Assembly: GCA_021836725.1 (NCBI GenBank)
Contig: JAKBHL010000014.1
Location: 1 to 61,659 of the forward strand
Length of the DNA: 61,659 nucleotides
Direction of reading: 5' to 3'
Source: a bacterium
GTDB taxonomy: Bacteria; Patescibacteriota; Minisyncoccia; Phycocordibacterales; Phycocordibacteraceae
The notes under the pieces were generated by a model. It ran no database searches and was not told where the DNA came from. It saw only the letters and a program-made list of their open reading frames with translations. Below, in pieces: positions 49,062 through 59,142 of the stretch (position 1 is the first letter of the stretch; every line of letters begins with the position of its first letter). A program made the position numbers and the translations under genes.

Positions 49062-49065
49062 CCGC

Positions 49066-50151
49066 ATGTTCCGGAAGTCTCTCGCATGGATACAGAAATA
49101 CGAACGCCATCTTTCGGCCGGCGCGATGATTACCGGCTTCATTGTCGACAATCTGTTCTTCGGCCGCGTCGATTTATGGCGAACGCAGGCGGTTTTTGCC
49201 GTCTACACCGCCGTCTGTTTCTTTACCATACCGCTCCTGCACTGGATTGAAGCGCGCGCGGCGCGCGGCGTCCCGCGCCCGCGCGCCCGCGCGCTGCTCC
49301 CCATCGCGACGCAATTCGCGCTCGGCGGTTTCTGGAGCGGTTTTTTCATCTTTTACGGCCGCTCGGCAGTTCTTTCCACCTCATGGCCTTTCCTCCTTCT
49401 CATCGTCGCGCTCCTTATCGGCAGCGAATATTTCCACCACTACCATGACCGACTTGTCTTCACGACCATCCTTTTCTTTTTTGCGCTCTATTCCTACGCG
49501 ATATTTGCCGTGCCCATTTACACCGGCAGTATCGGCACGCTGACTTTCCTCGAAAGCGGAGCCGTTGCGGTCGTACTTTTTTCATTTTTCACCGTTCTGC
49601 TCCGCGTTCTCGGACGCGAGCGCTACCTCGCCGACGTGCGGCATATCCGCATCGGCGCGCTTCTCGTGCTTATCGTTATCAACGTATCGTATTTCACCAA
49701 TATCCTGCCGCCGCTTCCGCTCTCTGCGGAGGCGGGAGGCATCTATCACGCCGTATGGCGCGTTCCGGGCGCCTACCTTGCCGCAGATGAGCAGGAACCC
49801 TGGCAAGTGCGCTTCCTCGGCTTCCCGCCGACCTTGCACATCGCTCTCGGCGAATCGCTCTACGCGTATAGCGCCGTTTTCGCGCCGACGGCGCTCACCA
49901 CCACCATCGTGCACCGTTGGCAGTGGTATGACCCGACTACGGGGCAATGGATAACGAAAGCGGTCATCCCGTATCCGATTGTCGGCGGCCGTGACGGAGG
50001 GTATCGCGGGTATTCTACGGTACCCGTCGATGCGGCGGGGGAGTGGCGCGTCAACGTAGAAACCGCCGACGGGCGCCTCATCGCCTACCTACCTTTCATA
50101 GTCAAATGGGAGACATCCGCTCCGGCACTCGAAACCATCACATTGAAGTAA
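49066..50151 (+). CDS. Multi-TM protein with C-terminal DUF2914-like domain
   Basis: ~8 TM segments; C-terminal HRWQWYD...GGRDGGYRGYS...GEWRVNVET. Confidence 0.82.
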   Translation: MFRKSLAWIQKYERHLSAGAMITGFIVDNLFFGRVDLWRTQAVFAVYTAVCFFTIPLLHWIEARAARGVPRPRARALLPIATQFALGGFWSGFFIFYGRSAVLSTSWPFLLLIVALLIGSEYFHHYHDRLVFTTILFFFALYSYAIFAVPIYTGSIGTLTFLESGAVAVVLFSFFTVLLRVLGRERYLADVRHIRIGALLVLIVINVSYFTNILPPLPLSAEAGGIYHAVWRVPGAYLAADEQEPWQVRFLGFPPTLHIALGESLYAYSAVFAPTALTTTIVHRWQWYDPTTGQWITKAVIPYPIVGGRDGGYRGYSTVPVDAAGEWRVNVETADGRLIAYLPFIVKWETSAPALETITLK

Positions 50152-50317
50152 AACAGGTCGTGTCGCCATCCCCGCAGCGAAGCTGGCGGGGCATTGGCGC
50201 ACGACCGCCCGGGTGTTTTGCTGGATAAGGATGCGGCCTCCGCCGCTCATGTTTAACTTCGGCCAGTCATCCCCGCCGCAAAGCGGACGGGGCATTCTGG
50301 CCGATTCCAGTAAGCCC

Positions 50318-50824
50318 CTACCCGGCTTTTACGCGCAATTTCGTTTGGCGCGCCTTATCAAGTTTCGGAAGAATGATAGTCAAAAGACCATCCTTGGCGC
50401 TCGCAGAGGACGCTTCGACGTCTATTTCCTGCGGAAGGAGGATCGTACGCGAAAATGCGCCCCAAAAAAGCTCGCGGGTGAAATAATCGGGACCGGCGAC
50501 TTGCTCGCGCTCCATGCGCGATCCCTCGAGTTCGACCATGTCGCGGCTTATGGAAATGTTGAGCTCATCGGGGCGCACGCCTGCGACAAAGGCGCGGATG
50601 ATGATATCGCTTGCAGTCTGATGCACATCGACCGGAAGCTGTCCTTTCCCTTCCGGACGTTCGTCATCAAGCGGTGCGGGCGCGGCCGATGCTCCGCTCA
50701 CGTGCATCCGTACCTCCTTGCGCGCCGGTATCGTCGCTCCGGGCAGCTCGTCATCAAAAGAATCAAAAGCGTCATTCCCGATCGGGGAGCCGCCCGAGAG
50801 ACGCTCAAAAAACGTACGCTTCAT
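50318..50824 (-). CDS. Hsp20/alpha-crystallin family protein
   Basis: LPVDVHQT...RELFWGAFSRTILLP...KDGLLTIILPK. Confidence 0.9.
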   Translation of the reverse strand: MKRTFFERLSGGSPIGNDAFDSFDDELPGATIPARKEVRMHVSGASAAPAPLDDERPEGKGQLPVDVHQTASDIIIRAFVAGVRPDELNISISRDMVELEGSRMEREQVAGPDYFTRELFWGAFSRTILLPQEIDVEASSASAKDGLLTIILPKLDKARQTKLRVKAG

Positions 50825-50833
50825 GTTCATATC

Positions 50834-51538
50834 TTAGCAAGTATTAGTAGGGGTGTTACGGTACTGAAAGTATTTTAGCACCTCGAATGCCGCGAAGAAG
50901 ACGACTGCAACCATCCAGACGAGGAAGAAAGCGGCAAGGGCGGTCGAAGCGCCTCCGTTTATGATAAGCATGTTAAAGGCCGTGTGCAATGCGATGGCGA
51001 GGATAAGTCCGGATGCCGCCGCCATCACCCGTACCCCCGGACTTCTTGCGGCCGAGAAGGCAAGCGCAAAACCGATTGCTGCGGAGGCTATGACATGGAG
51101 TAACGTTGATCCGAGAAAACGCAGATCGTCAGTGCGCAGACCGGCGGTGAAATGTCCGCCCGAAAGCGGAGCAAGGAGAAAAAGCATGTTTTCCGCGGCC
51201 GCAAAGCCAAGCGCTACGGTAATCATATATATGACATAATCGGGCGCCTCATCGACCGCGCGGCGCCAAAGGATGAACGAAGCCGCCATGATGTATTTGA
51301 GCAGTTCCTCAATAGTCGCCCATGCGACATAGATCGAGAGGGTGCCGGTCAGGTGCGCCAGCGCATATTGTTCCAAAGGGAGCGCGAGCGGCACCGCCGC
51401 CATACCCGCGACAAACGCAAGCGCTATCAGCGTGCGCGGTTCCGGACAGCGCGCATCCTCCTTGAGAAGGAAATAGAGCCAGATGAGAGACGGCAAAAGC
51501 CCGCCGAGAAACGCATAGCCGAGCGTAGTGAAAGTCAC
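50834..51538 (-). CDS. PrsW-family intramembrane metalloprotease
   Basis: EELLKY, GFAAAEN, LH...H motifs. Confidence 0.88.
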   Translation of the reverse strand: MTFTTLGYAFLGGLLPSLIWLYFLLKEDARCPEPRTLIALAFVAGMAAVPLALPLEQYALAHLTGTLSIYVAWATIEELLKYIMAASFILWRRAVDEAPDYVIYMITVALGFAAAENMLFLLAPLSGGHFTAGLRTDDLRFLGSTLLHVIASAAIGFALAFSAARSPGVRVMAAASGLILAIALHTAFNMLIINGGASTALAAFFLVWMVAVVFFAAFEVLKYFQYRNTPTNTC

Positions 51539-51555
51539 CGTTCCATTCTACCGCA

Positions 51556-53679
51556 TCACCCCGCCGTTTCGGGCCAGCATGCCACCATAAGAAACTCGGC
51601 ATCTTTGGTCGGCATGGATTGCCAGATTTCTTCGGTAAGGAAAGGCATAAAAGGGTGGAGCGCACGCAGGAATGCGTCAAGCGTATGGGCGAGGAACGCT
51701 CGCCGCGATGCTTTCGCTTCGTCATCGGAGCCTTGGAGGATCTTTTTGGAGTCCTCGAGTATCTTGTCGGCGAACTCATGCCAAACGTAGTGGTAGAGTT
51801 TTTCGGCCGCCAGGTAGATGCGATACTCCTCGATGTCTTTTGTTACTTCTGCGAGGAGGTCTTCCGCCTCTTTGCGCAGCGTCGCGTCGGGTGCCGCAAG
51901 CGGCGTCTTCATATCCGCTTCGCCAGTATGCTCGAGCACGAAGCGCGCGATGTTCCAAAGCTTGTTCGCGAAATGCTTGTAGCCCCGTACCTTGTCTTCG
52001 GAGAGCGCGAGGTCGGTGCCGGGCGTGTTGCCGACGACAAGCGCCATGCGGAGCGCATCGGTCCCGTACTTATCCGTGAGATCGAGAGGGTTCACGACGT
52101 TCCCTTTCGATTTGCTCATCTTTTTCCCCTGCGCATCGTTTACGAGCCCGTGAAGGTAGACGGTATGAAAGGGGACTTTCTTCCCGAGGTACAGGCCGAA
52201 AATGACCATGCGCGGCACCCATTTAAAGATGAGATCGTGCCCGGTTTCCATGACGTCCGTGGGGTAGTGGGCCGCGTAATCCTTTCCATCCGGAAATCCC
52301 GTCATAATGAGCGGCCATTGCCCGGAGGAGAACCAGGTGTCAAACGTATCAGTGTCCGGCTCCCATCCTTCGCCCTCCGGTTTTTCAAGCGAGACGACCG
52401 ATTCCTCGGCGGCGGAACCGCGATGGCGGAACCACGCCGGAATGGGAATCCCCCATACGATCTGCCGCGAAATGTTCCAGTCAAGCGTATTCTCCATCCA
52501 ATAGCGGAATATCTTTTCATAGTTCTCAGGGACAAACCGGACGCTACCGGCATTCACCGCCTCGATCGCCATCTGCGCAAGCGGAGCCATCTTCACGAAC
52601 CACTGATCCCGCACCTGCGGCTCAATGAACGCATTGCACTTGTAACAGTGCTTTGCGGCATGCCGATACTCTGCGTCTATTTTTTCGACCAGGCCTTTTG
52701 CCGCGAGTTTTTCGACGATCTTTGGACGCGCGTCGAGTATCTTCATGCCGGCGAATTCTCCGGCGACCGGAAGAAGCTTGCCGCGCCAGTCGATGATCTG
52801 CTCGTAGGGAAGCGCATGCCGTTTTGCGATTTCGAAGTCGGTCGCATCATGCCAGGGCGTGATGGTCATGACGCCCGTACCGAATTCCATATCGATTGCC
52901 GTGTCTTTGATGACTGTCGCAGTAATAGGCCCGTTAATCCACTCCACCTCGAGCGTGTCGCCCTCTTTCCATTTTGCATACCGCGCATCGTCCGGGTGCA
53001 TGACGACGTACTTATCGCCGAATTTCGTTTCCGGCCGCGCGGTCGCGATGGTGAACGGCCCGTATCTGAAATAGTAGAGCGGTGCGGTCTCTTCGACGCT
53101 CGTCGTCTCGACGTCCGAGAGCGAGGTCTGATGTTTCGGGCACCAATTCACGATCCGATTCCCGCGATAGACGAGATCGTCCGCAAACATCTTTAGGAAT
53201 GTTTTTTGCACTTCGCGCACGACCGCTTCGTCGAGCGTGAATTTCTCGCGCGACCAATCGCATGAAGCGCCCATCCGCCGTATCTGTCCCTCCATGTGCG
53301 CTTTGTTCGACAGAGTAAACGCATAAATCTCGTTGTAGAGGTCCTTCGGATCCATCTGGAAGCGCGAGCGTCCTTCCTTTTCGAGCTTCTTCTCGTATAC
53401 CACCTGCGTCTCGAACCCTGCATGGTCGGCGCCCGGAAGCCAGAGCGCTTTGTATCCCTGCATGCGCTTGAAACGGATCAGTATGTCTTCGAGTGTAATA
53501 AAAAGCGCGTGCCCGGCGTGAAGCGATCCGTTCGCGTTCGGAGGCGGCATGACGATAGTGAAAGGATCCCCGTCGCCCGGCAGATTGTCCGGATTAAAAA
53601 AGCCGCTCGCTTCCCACGCTTCATAGAGGCGTTTTTCGGTTGCGGCCGGATCGTAGGGGGTTAAGAACTTATCGGGCAT
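51556..53679 (-). CDS. valS: Valine--tRNA ligase (short form)
   Basis: PPPNANGSLHAGH; DWNISRQIVWG; DTFDTWFSSG; KMSKSKGN. Confidence 0.95.
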   Translation of the reverse strand: MPDKFLTPYDPAATEKRLYEAWEASGFFNPDNLPGDGDPFTIVMPPPNANGSLHAGHALFITLEDILIRFKRMQGYKALWLPGADHAGFETQVVYEKKLEKEGRSRFQMDPKDLYNEIYAFTLSNKAHMEGQIRRMGASCDWSREKFTLDEAVVREVQKTFLKMFADDLVYRGNRIVNWCPKHQTSLSDVETTSVEETAPLYYFRYGPFTIATARPETKFGDKYVVMHPDDARYAKWKEGDTLEVEWINGPITATVIKDTAIDMEFGTGVMTITPWHDATDFEIAKRHALPYEQIIDWRGKLLPVAGEFAGMKILDARPKIVEKLAAKGLVEKIDAEYRHAAKHCYKCNAFIEPQVRDQWFVKMAPLAQMAIEAVNAGSVRFVPENYEKIFRYWMENTLDWNISRQIVWGIPIPAWFRHRGSAAEESVVSLEKPEGEGWEPDTDTFDTWFSSGQWPLIMTGFPDGKDYAAHYPTDVMETGHDLIFKWVPRMVIFGLYLGKKVPFHTVYLHGLVNDAQGKKMSKSKGNVVNPLDLTDKYGTDALRMALVVGNTPGTDLALSEDKVRGYKHFANKLWNIARFVLEHTGEADMKTPLAAPDATLRKEAEDLLAEVTKDIEEYRIYLAAEKLYHYVWHEFADKILEDSKKILQGSDDEAKASRRAFLAHTLDAFLRALHPFMPFLTEEIWQSMPTKDAEFLMVACWPETAG

Positions 53680-53746
53680 TGCCTGTAAAATATAGCAAAA
53701 ATAAGGCGAGGATGCCTATTCCGCGGGAAAGACGTCCGCAAGTGTC

Positions 53747-54967
53747 TCACGGGGCGAGCGTGCGATTGCCGTTTGCCGCTAGGGCATCCGGTTCGGAGAA
53801 GTCGCCGCGGAGCGCGCGATAGAAGCCGGCAAGCGCGATCATGACGGCATTGTCGGTCGTGAGCGCGGCGGAAGGGATGCGGAGCGTCACGTCGAGGTGC
53901 TCATTTTTTATTTTTTCGGTAAAAGTGCGGCGGATATGCTTGTTTGCCGAGACGCCGCCGCCCAGGGCGAGCGTTTTTGCCCGCGTTTTCTCAAGCGCGC
54001 GTGCAGTCTTCTTCGAGAGCACGTCAGCCACGGCATTTTCAAATTCGAGCGCGACATGTTTCTTTTCCGTCTCGCTCATCTCGGGATTGTTTTTCAAGAG
54101 ATACAGCGCTGCCGTCTTTAGTCCTGCAAACGAGAAATCGCACGTCGCGTCTCCGCTCATCGGTCGCGGCAACGAATACTTGGCGGTTTCACCGCCAAGT
54201 GAAAAGCGGAGAGATTCGGCGAGACGCGATATCTCCGGTCCGCCCGGGTAGGGGAGGGAGAGCATGCGGGCGACCTTATCGAAAGCTTCGCCGACAGCAT
54301 CGTCGCGCGTCTGCCCGAGGAGTTCGTACTCGAGCCATTTTTTTATGACGACAAGTTCCGTGTGTCCGCCTGAGATGAGGAGCGCGAGCACTGGCATCTC
54401 CACATCTTCAATAACAAGGTTAAACCTTGTCGGAATTAAGGGCGTATTTGCTGTATCGTAGGAGACCTCCTTTGCAAGCGCGGCGAAAATATGCCCCTCC
54501 ATGTGGTTGACCGCGACGATCGGTTTTTCCCAAAGAAGCGCAAGCGCTTTTGCGAAATTGATACCGACCCAGAGCGCCGGCTCAAGTCCCGGGCCCGCCG
54601 TGACCGCGATGGCGTCAATGGGCGCCGGTTCGCACTCGCTGACAAATTCGAAGAACGCTTCGGCGAGACCGGGCTCGCGCGCCAAAATTTCTGAGATTTT
54701 TTCGTGCATCGCCTCCGGTAGAGCTTGCGTATCTTCATGCAGGAGCTCCGCCTCCTCGAGCGCCGCCTCAAGGATCGGTACGAGATTCTTCGCGTGCTCG
54801 CGCTTGGCGAGAGCGGGGAAGACGCCGCCGTATTCCCGATGGACGTCTATCTGCGAAAGGAGCGCGTTCCCGAGCACGGTGAACTGCGCTGCTCTTTCAT
54901 CGCCCGCCGCTTCGACGATCGCAATCGCCGTCTCGTCGCAGCTGGTTTCAATCGCGAGAATCCTCAT
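53747..54967 (-). CDS. tsaD: t6A37 threonylcarbamoyltransferase subunit TsaD
   Basis: ILAIETSCDET; HMEGH; SGGHT; DDAVGEAFDKVAR; TDNAVMIA. Confidence 0.94.
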   Translation of the reverse strand: MRILAIETSCDETAIAIVEAAGDERAAQFTVLGNALLSQIDVHREYGGVFPALAKREHAKNLVPILEAALEEAELLHEDTQALPEAMHEKISEILAREPGLAEAFFEFVSECEPAPIDAIAVTAGPGLEPALWVGINFAKALALLWEKPIVAVNHMEGHIFAALAKEVSYDTANTPLIPTRFNLVIEDVEMPVLALLISGGHTELVVIKKWLEYELLGQTRDDAVGEAFDKVARMLSLPYPGGPEISRLAESLRFSLGGETAKYSLPRPMSGDATCDFSFAGLKTAALYLLKNNPEMSETEKKHVALEFENAVADVLSKKTARALEKTRAKTLALGGGVSANKHIRRTFTEKIKNEHLDVTLRIPSAALTTDNAVMIALAGFYRALRGDFSEPDALAANGNRTLAP

Positions 54968-55820
54968 GTTCTTCGATCTCGACCCAGGGCATCGCGCTGC
55001 CGTTTTCGATAAAGAATCCAGCTGAGCCGGAGTGGCCTCCGCCCCCGTATTTTTCAGCGATTTTCGACACATCGACAAGCGTGTTGTCTCCGCGAATAGA
55101 GACACCGAAACCATTTGGGTGCGCGGTCACGACGAGCGCAAAAGGAGGGAGCTCCGTATACAACTCATGGCCGACGAACGATTTCATCGTAATGTCAGGA
55201 TGCGTTGCGGCAAAATATACCTCGTACCCTTCGAAACGGACTTTTTTTGCCCGTTTGATTGAAGCGTTTCCGAGCGCCTCAAAGAATTCCGTATATGCAC
55301 GGGCTTTTTTCATTATGTCAGCGCGGCGTGTTTGATCCTCAAGCTGGAGCATGAGATCATCCCATGCAGGGAACTCATACGGAAGGACAAACAGATAGGA
55401 AAAGATATCGCGCGTTTCGGGGAGGGCATAGCGATAGAGATCTCCGTCTTCAAGGCAGCGCATAAGGAGCGGTACCGGAGTGTCGGGGTAAAAATAACTC
55501 CATGCGATGGTCGCGCCGGAGCGCTTTTCATCGTAGACCCCTTCAGGCGCATTCTCGACGAGCGTTTTCGCGCTCCTGTGGTGATCAAGGACAACAAGGC
55601 GTTTCGTCGCTTGAGCAAGCGCATCCATCTGCTCAGCGCTCTCGTAGCAGAAATCGATGAGATACACTTCGCGGCCCTCAAGGCCTTCTGGCGGCGCGTC
55701 GCCATGATCAACTGGGATGTAGTCAGCCGTATCACCGAATTTCTTCCATGCGGCGTACGCGCCGCCGAAACCGTCGGGACATTTGCCGTGATAGAGGACG
55801 ACGAGGTGCTGGTAGGGCAT
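54948..55820 (-). CDS. DHH/DHHA1-family phosphoesterase
   Basis: YHGKCPDG, LIDF, LDHH, GGGGH. Confidence 0.85.
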   Translation of the reverse strand: MPYQHLVVLYHGKCPDGFGGAYAAWKKFGDTADYIPVDHGDAPPEGLEGREVYLIDFCYESAEQMDALAQATKRLVVLDHHRSAKTLVENAPEGVYDEKRSGATIAWSYFYPDTPVPLLMRCLEDGDLYRYALPETRDIFSYLFVLPYEFPAWDDLMLQLEDQTRRADIMKKARAYTEFFEALGNASIKRAKKVRFEGYEVYFAATHPDITMKSFVGHELYTELPPFALVVTAHPNGFGVSIRGDNTLVDVSKIAEKYGGGGHSGSAGFFIENGSAMPWVEIEEHEDSRD

Positions 55821-55829
55821 GAGGACAGT

Positions 55830-56705
55830 CTACCGCACGAAACGCACATAGATGCCGGCGGGGATAACGCGCTTCGACTGCGCCTCCTGGATATGCAATT
55901 CACCGCACTCCCCCTGCACGTCGCCGAAAACGCTCTCGAGGGCCTGCGCAAAGGAGCGCGGCGCATAACCGGCGGCATAGCCGTTTACGAGGAAGAAAGA
56001 ACCGGGTTTGTCTGAAAGCAGGGCTTTCAGCGTTTCAAGCAGGACAGGAAGATCTTCTTCTATCTTCCAGACTTCGCCTTTGGCGCCGCGGCCGAACGCG
56101 GGCGGATCGAGAATAATGCCATCGTACAGTGCGCCGCGCCGCGCTTCGCGCTTTGCGAACGCGAGGGCGTCGTCGAGTATCCAGCGAATCTTATCCTCGG
56201 GAATATTCGAGAGCAGCGCATTTGCACGCGCCCAATCAAGCGACTGCTTCGAGGCATCGACATGCGTGATGAATGCACCCGCGCGCGCCGCGACCAAAGA
56301 AGCGATGCCGGTGTAGCCGAATAAATTCAGAACGTTCGGCTTCTCGATCTTCTCGATCTGTGTTTTTGACCACTCCCAATTTGGCGCTTGCTCGGGGAAG
56401 ACACCGGTGTGTTTGAAGCCGGTGAGCGCGGCGGTAAAGCGTACGTTATGTGAGGAGAGTTCCCACGACTCGGGCACGGGCTTCTTGCTGTCCCACGCGC
56501 CCTTTTTATCGTGAAAAGCGAAGGTAGCGTGAGCACTCTCCCAGAGCTCGGGTCGCTCTTTCCTCCAGAGCGCTTGCGTTTCGGGGCGGGCGACGACGAT
56601 AGCGCCGAAACGCTCAAGCTTCATAGAATCGCCTGAATCGAGAAGCTCGTAGTCGCTCCAGGGGAGGGAAACGAGATGCTGATCATAATTTAATTTTTTC
56701 GTCAT
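55830..56705 (-). CDS. Class I SAM-dependent methyltransferase (RlmI/RlmK-like)
   Basis: HTGVFPEQ; VLNLFGYTG; HVDASK; ILDPPAFGRG. Confidence 0.88.
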   Translation of the reverse strand: MTKKLNYDQHLVSLPWSDYELLDSGDSMKLERFGAIVVARPETQALWRKERPELWESAHATFAFHDKKGAWDSKKPVPESWELSSHNVRFTAALTGFKHTGVFPEQAPNWEWSKTQIEKIEKPNVLNLFGYTGIASLVAARAGAFITHVDASKQSLDWARANALLSNIPEDKIRWILDDALAFAKREARRGALYDGIILDPPAFGRGAKGEVWKIEEDLPVLLETLKALLSDKPGSFFLVNGYAAGYAPRSFAQALESVFGDVQGECGELHIQEAQSKRVIPAGIYVRFVR

Positions 56706-57481
56706 AGCGCTTCCGGATGTTTCTTCGACCACTCGTAAAAGACGATCGCGGCGGAAACGGCAGCATTCAGCGATTCCGTCCTCGTATGCATAGGGATGGA
56801 GAGTGTGACATCACAAGCAGCGAGCGTCTTTTCCCGAACGCCCGTGCCTTCGTTTCCGATGACAAATACGCTTGGCGCATCAAATGTCTCCGTGCCGAGC
56901 GTCGTCGTTCCGTCCATCGCGAGCCCGTAGACCCAGAATCCCTTTTCTTTAAGCATCTTGAGCGTGCTGTTTACATTGCCTATGGAAACGAGCGGGACAC
57001 GGAACACCATGCCGCTTGACGCTTTCACGACCGCGCCGGTGACGGGCGCCTGATTGTGCTCGGGGATAAGAACGCCGGCGAGGCCGAAAGCGGCGGCGGA
57101 GCGGATGATGGCCCCGACATTGTGCGGGTCCTGCACCTCGCCAAGGACGGCTATCGCCGGGTTCTTCTTCAGATCAAGCGACGATATAAAATCACCGAAA
57201 GAGACCAAAAGGGCGGACGGGTCCATGAGCGCGATAATTCCTTGATGCGCCGCCTCTCTTCCAACGAGCTCTTTGTCCTTGCCGGCGGCGAGCGGCGCTG
57301 TCGGGATAGTGTGCTTTTTTAAAAGTGCCTGCAGTTCCCCGTCCCGCAGGTCCTTCGCAAGAAAAACTTTACGGATGACTTTCGCCTGCGTACCCTCCGG
57401 CAACGCGCCCTCTGCGAGCGCCTCCATGAGAGCGTGCCTGCCGTAGACGTATACTTTCCCGCCGTGTTGCTTTTGCCGCAT
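56702..57481 (-). CDS. rlmB: SpoU/TrmH-family rRNA 2'-O-methyltransferase (RlmB-like)
   Basis: VYGRHA; HQGIIA; DPHNVGAIIRS; IGNEGTG; ESLNAAVS. Confidence 0.88.
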   Translation of the reverse strand: MRQKQHGGKVYVYGRHALMEALAEGALPEGTQAKVIRKVFLAKDLRDGELQALLKKHTIPTAPLAAGKDKELVGREAAHQGIIALMDPSALLVSFGDFISSLDLKKNPAIAVLGEVQDPHNVGAIIRSAAAFGLAGVLIPEHNQAPVTGAVVKASSGMVFRVPLVSIGNVNSTLKMLKEKGFWVYGLAMDGTTTLGTETFDAPSVFVIGNEGTGVREKTLAACDVTLSIPMHTRTESLNAAVSAAIVFYEWSKKHPEAL

Positions 57482-57557
57482 TGGTGCGCGGTAAGGGACT
57501 CGAACCCCTGACCCTCTCAACGTCAATGAGATGCTCTACCAACTGAGCTAACCGCGC
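57482..57557 (-). tRNA. tRNA-Val(GAC), CCA encoded
   Basis: GCGCGGT...ACCGCGC-A-CCA; TCTCA-TTGACGT-TGAGA. Confidence 0.94.
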
Positions 57558-57613
57558 GTGCGGGTACTCTACCACAGAGCCTCTCCAACCTGAAGACGCG
57601 CACGGACAACGGT

Positions 57614-59026
57614 TTAGGGATACGGGACAGGGTCGTTCGCCAGCTCAAGGTGGTACGGATTGCCGTTTGAGGCCGCAAGGCCGCCTCTCACCAATGTCCC
57701 TCTGAAAAGATAGGAGGTCCCCAGGGACAGCTTTTCGAGTGCGGTATTGGCGACAGGCAAATCACCCGCAGTGACGGCTCCGTTCTTTTCGTCCGATACG
57801 ATGCTGTAAGCCCCGTTATCCTTCAAGACATACCCGTGCATCTCAACCATTGTGTTGGAGAAATAAGCGGCATGGCGCATGACATAACCGATGGTATATA
57901 CCGGCATGTGCAGAGACTGCGGCGTTGATGTTGCCACCGGCGCGCGCATGATTATGGAAAGCCCGTCGGGGATGTTCAATTGCCCCGGACCGTCTCCGGG
58001 TTTGCCGGTTACCCCGTACTGCCAGACGATCTGATTCGTGTTTTTATCGATGGCGATGACGCGGTGATTCAGGTCATCATTGCAAAGGATGATGCCGTTT
58101 GGCATTTCGATGGCGAGCGACGGTCTGTTGAGGCGCCGGTCGCCGCTCGTGTATGCGAATTTCCACACGACTTTCCCCGTCGACGGATTTAGTTCTATGA
58201 GCGCGCCCGGGTTGCGATAATTGGCAACGAGAATATCGCCGTTTCGCATCGGTTGCGGATCGGAGGGGTAGGTGATCGGAAGGGGATACCTCGCGATTTC
58301 CTTCCAGTTTTTATTGAGTTCGACAATATCATGCGGCTTGATCTCGCTTATGAGCATGCCGCCGTTTGGAAGCGGCGTGTCGCCGTTCGGGGAATCGAGA
58401 AGTCCGGGAGCGGTCCCGCACCGTCGGGTAACCCCGTATTGCCGGACGATTTTTCCTTCCGGAGAAATCTCAATGACGCGGCAATTCTGTATGTCCGCCA
58501 CAACAACATTCCCATTCGCCAGCTTGTACGCGTCATCGGGAGTGTGAAGCCGTCCGGCGCGGAACCCCGCGACGCCCGGAGTGCCATACTGCCACTCTAT
58601 CTTTTTTGTCGCATAGTCGACCTGTTCAATGAGATTGTAATTTTCAAGACTCATCATGACGGTATTCCCATTGTCGGCAAAGAATGCGTCGTCGGCGCCA
58701 AAACCTTTTTTCAGATGCGCAAAGTCGTATTCCCATACTATCTTCTTATCGGGCGTCACTTCGATGACTCGATTGTTACCTCGATCGGCAATGAGTACGT
58801 TGTACCTTCCGAGCGCCGTCATGTTCTGCGGCTGCTGCTGCGTCTCGGCGGGCGTTGTTGAAGTCGCCGCCGGCACTGGCGCGTTTTCATCGTTTCCGCC
58901 TACTCCATCCCCAAATGTTGATGACACGCGTTCGCCCACAAAAGTGATAATCGGTTGGAGTGAATGGCCGAAAAAAGAAAATGTGGCGAGCGAGCCACTC
59001 AGAATTATCGCGAACAATGCTTGCAT
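57614..59026 (-). CDS. Secreted beta-propeller protein (PQQ/arylsulfotransferase-like repeats)
   Basis: Signal/anchor; repeats such as LIADRGNNRVIE, VADIQNCRVIE, NDDLNHRVIA, IVWQY. Confidence 0.75.
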   Translation of the reverse strand: MQALFAIILSGSLATFSFFGHSLQPIITFVGERVSSTFGDGVGGNDENAPVPAATSTTPAETQQQPQNMTALGRYNVLIADRGNNRVIEVTPDKKIVWEYDFAHLKKGFGADDAFFADNGNTVMMSLENYNLIEQVDYATKKIEWQYGTPGVAGFRAGRLHTPDDAYKLANGNVVVADIQNCRVIEISPEGKIVRQYGVTRRCGTAPGLLDSPNGDTPLPNGGMLISEIKPHDIVELNKNWKEIARYPLPITYPSDPQPMRNGDILVANYRNPGALIELNPSTGKVVWKFAYTSGDRRLNRPSLAIEMPNGIILCNDDLNHRVIAIDKNTNQIVWQYGVTGKPGDGPGQLNIPDGLSIIMRAPVATSTPQSLHMPVYTIGYVMRHAAYFSNTMVEMHGYVLKDNGAYSIVSDEKNGAVTAGDLPVANTALEKLSLGTSYLFRGTLVRGGLAASNGNPYHLELANDPVPYP

Positions 59027-59142
59027 CGGGCGCATTCTAACATACTCGTCTCTCCGCAAAGTTCGAGACGCGATTTTGCAATTTTTGCGCCAAAAAAAGT
59101 TTCGTTTTGTGAGTCAGTTGAAGCTCAATAAATCACAGTTTG

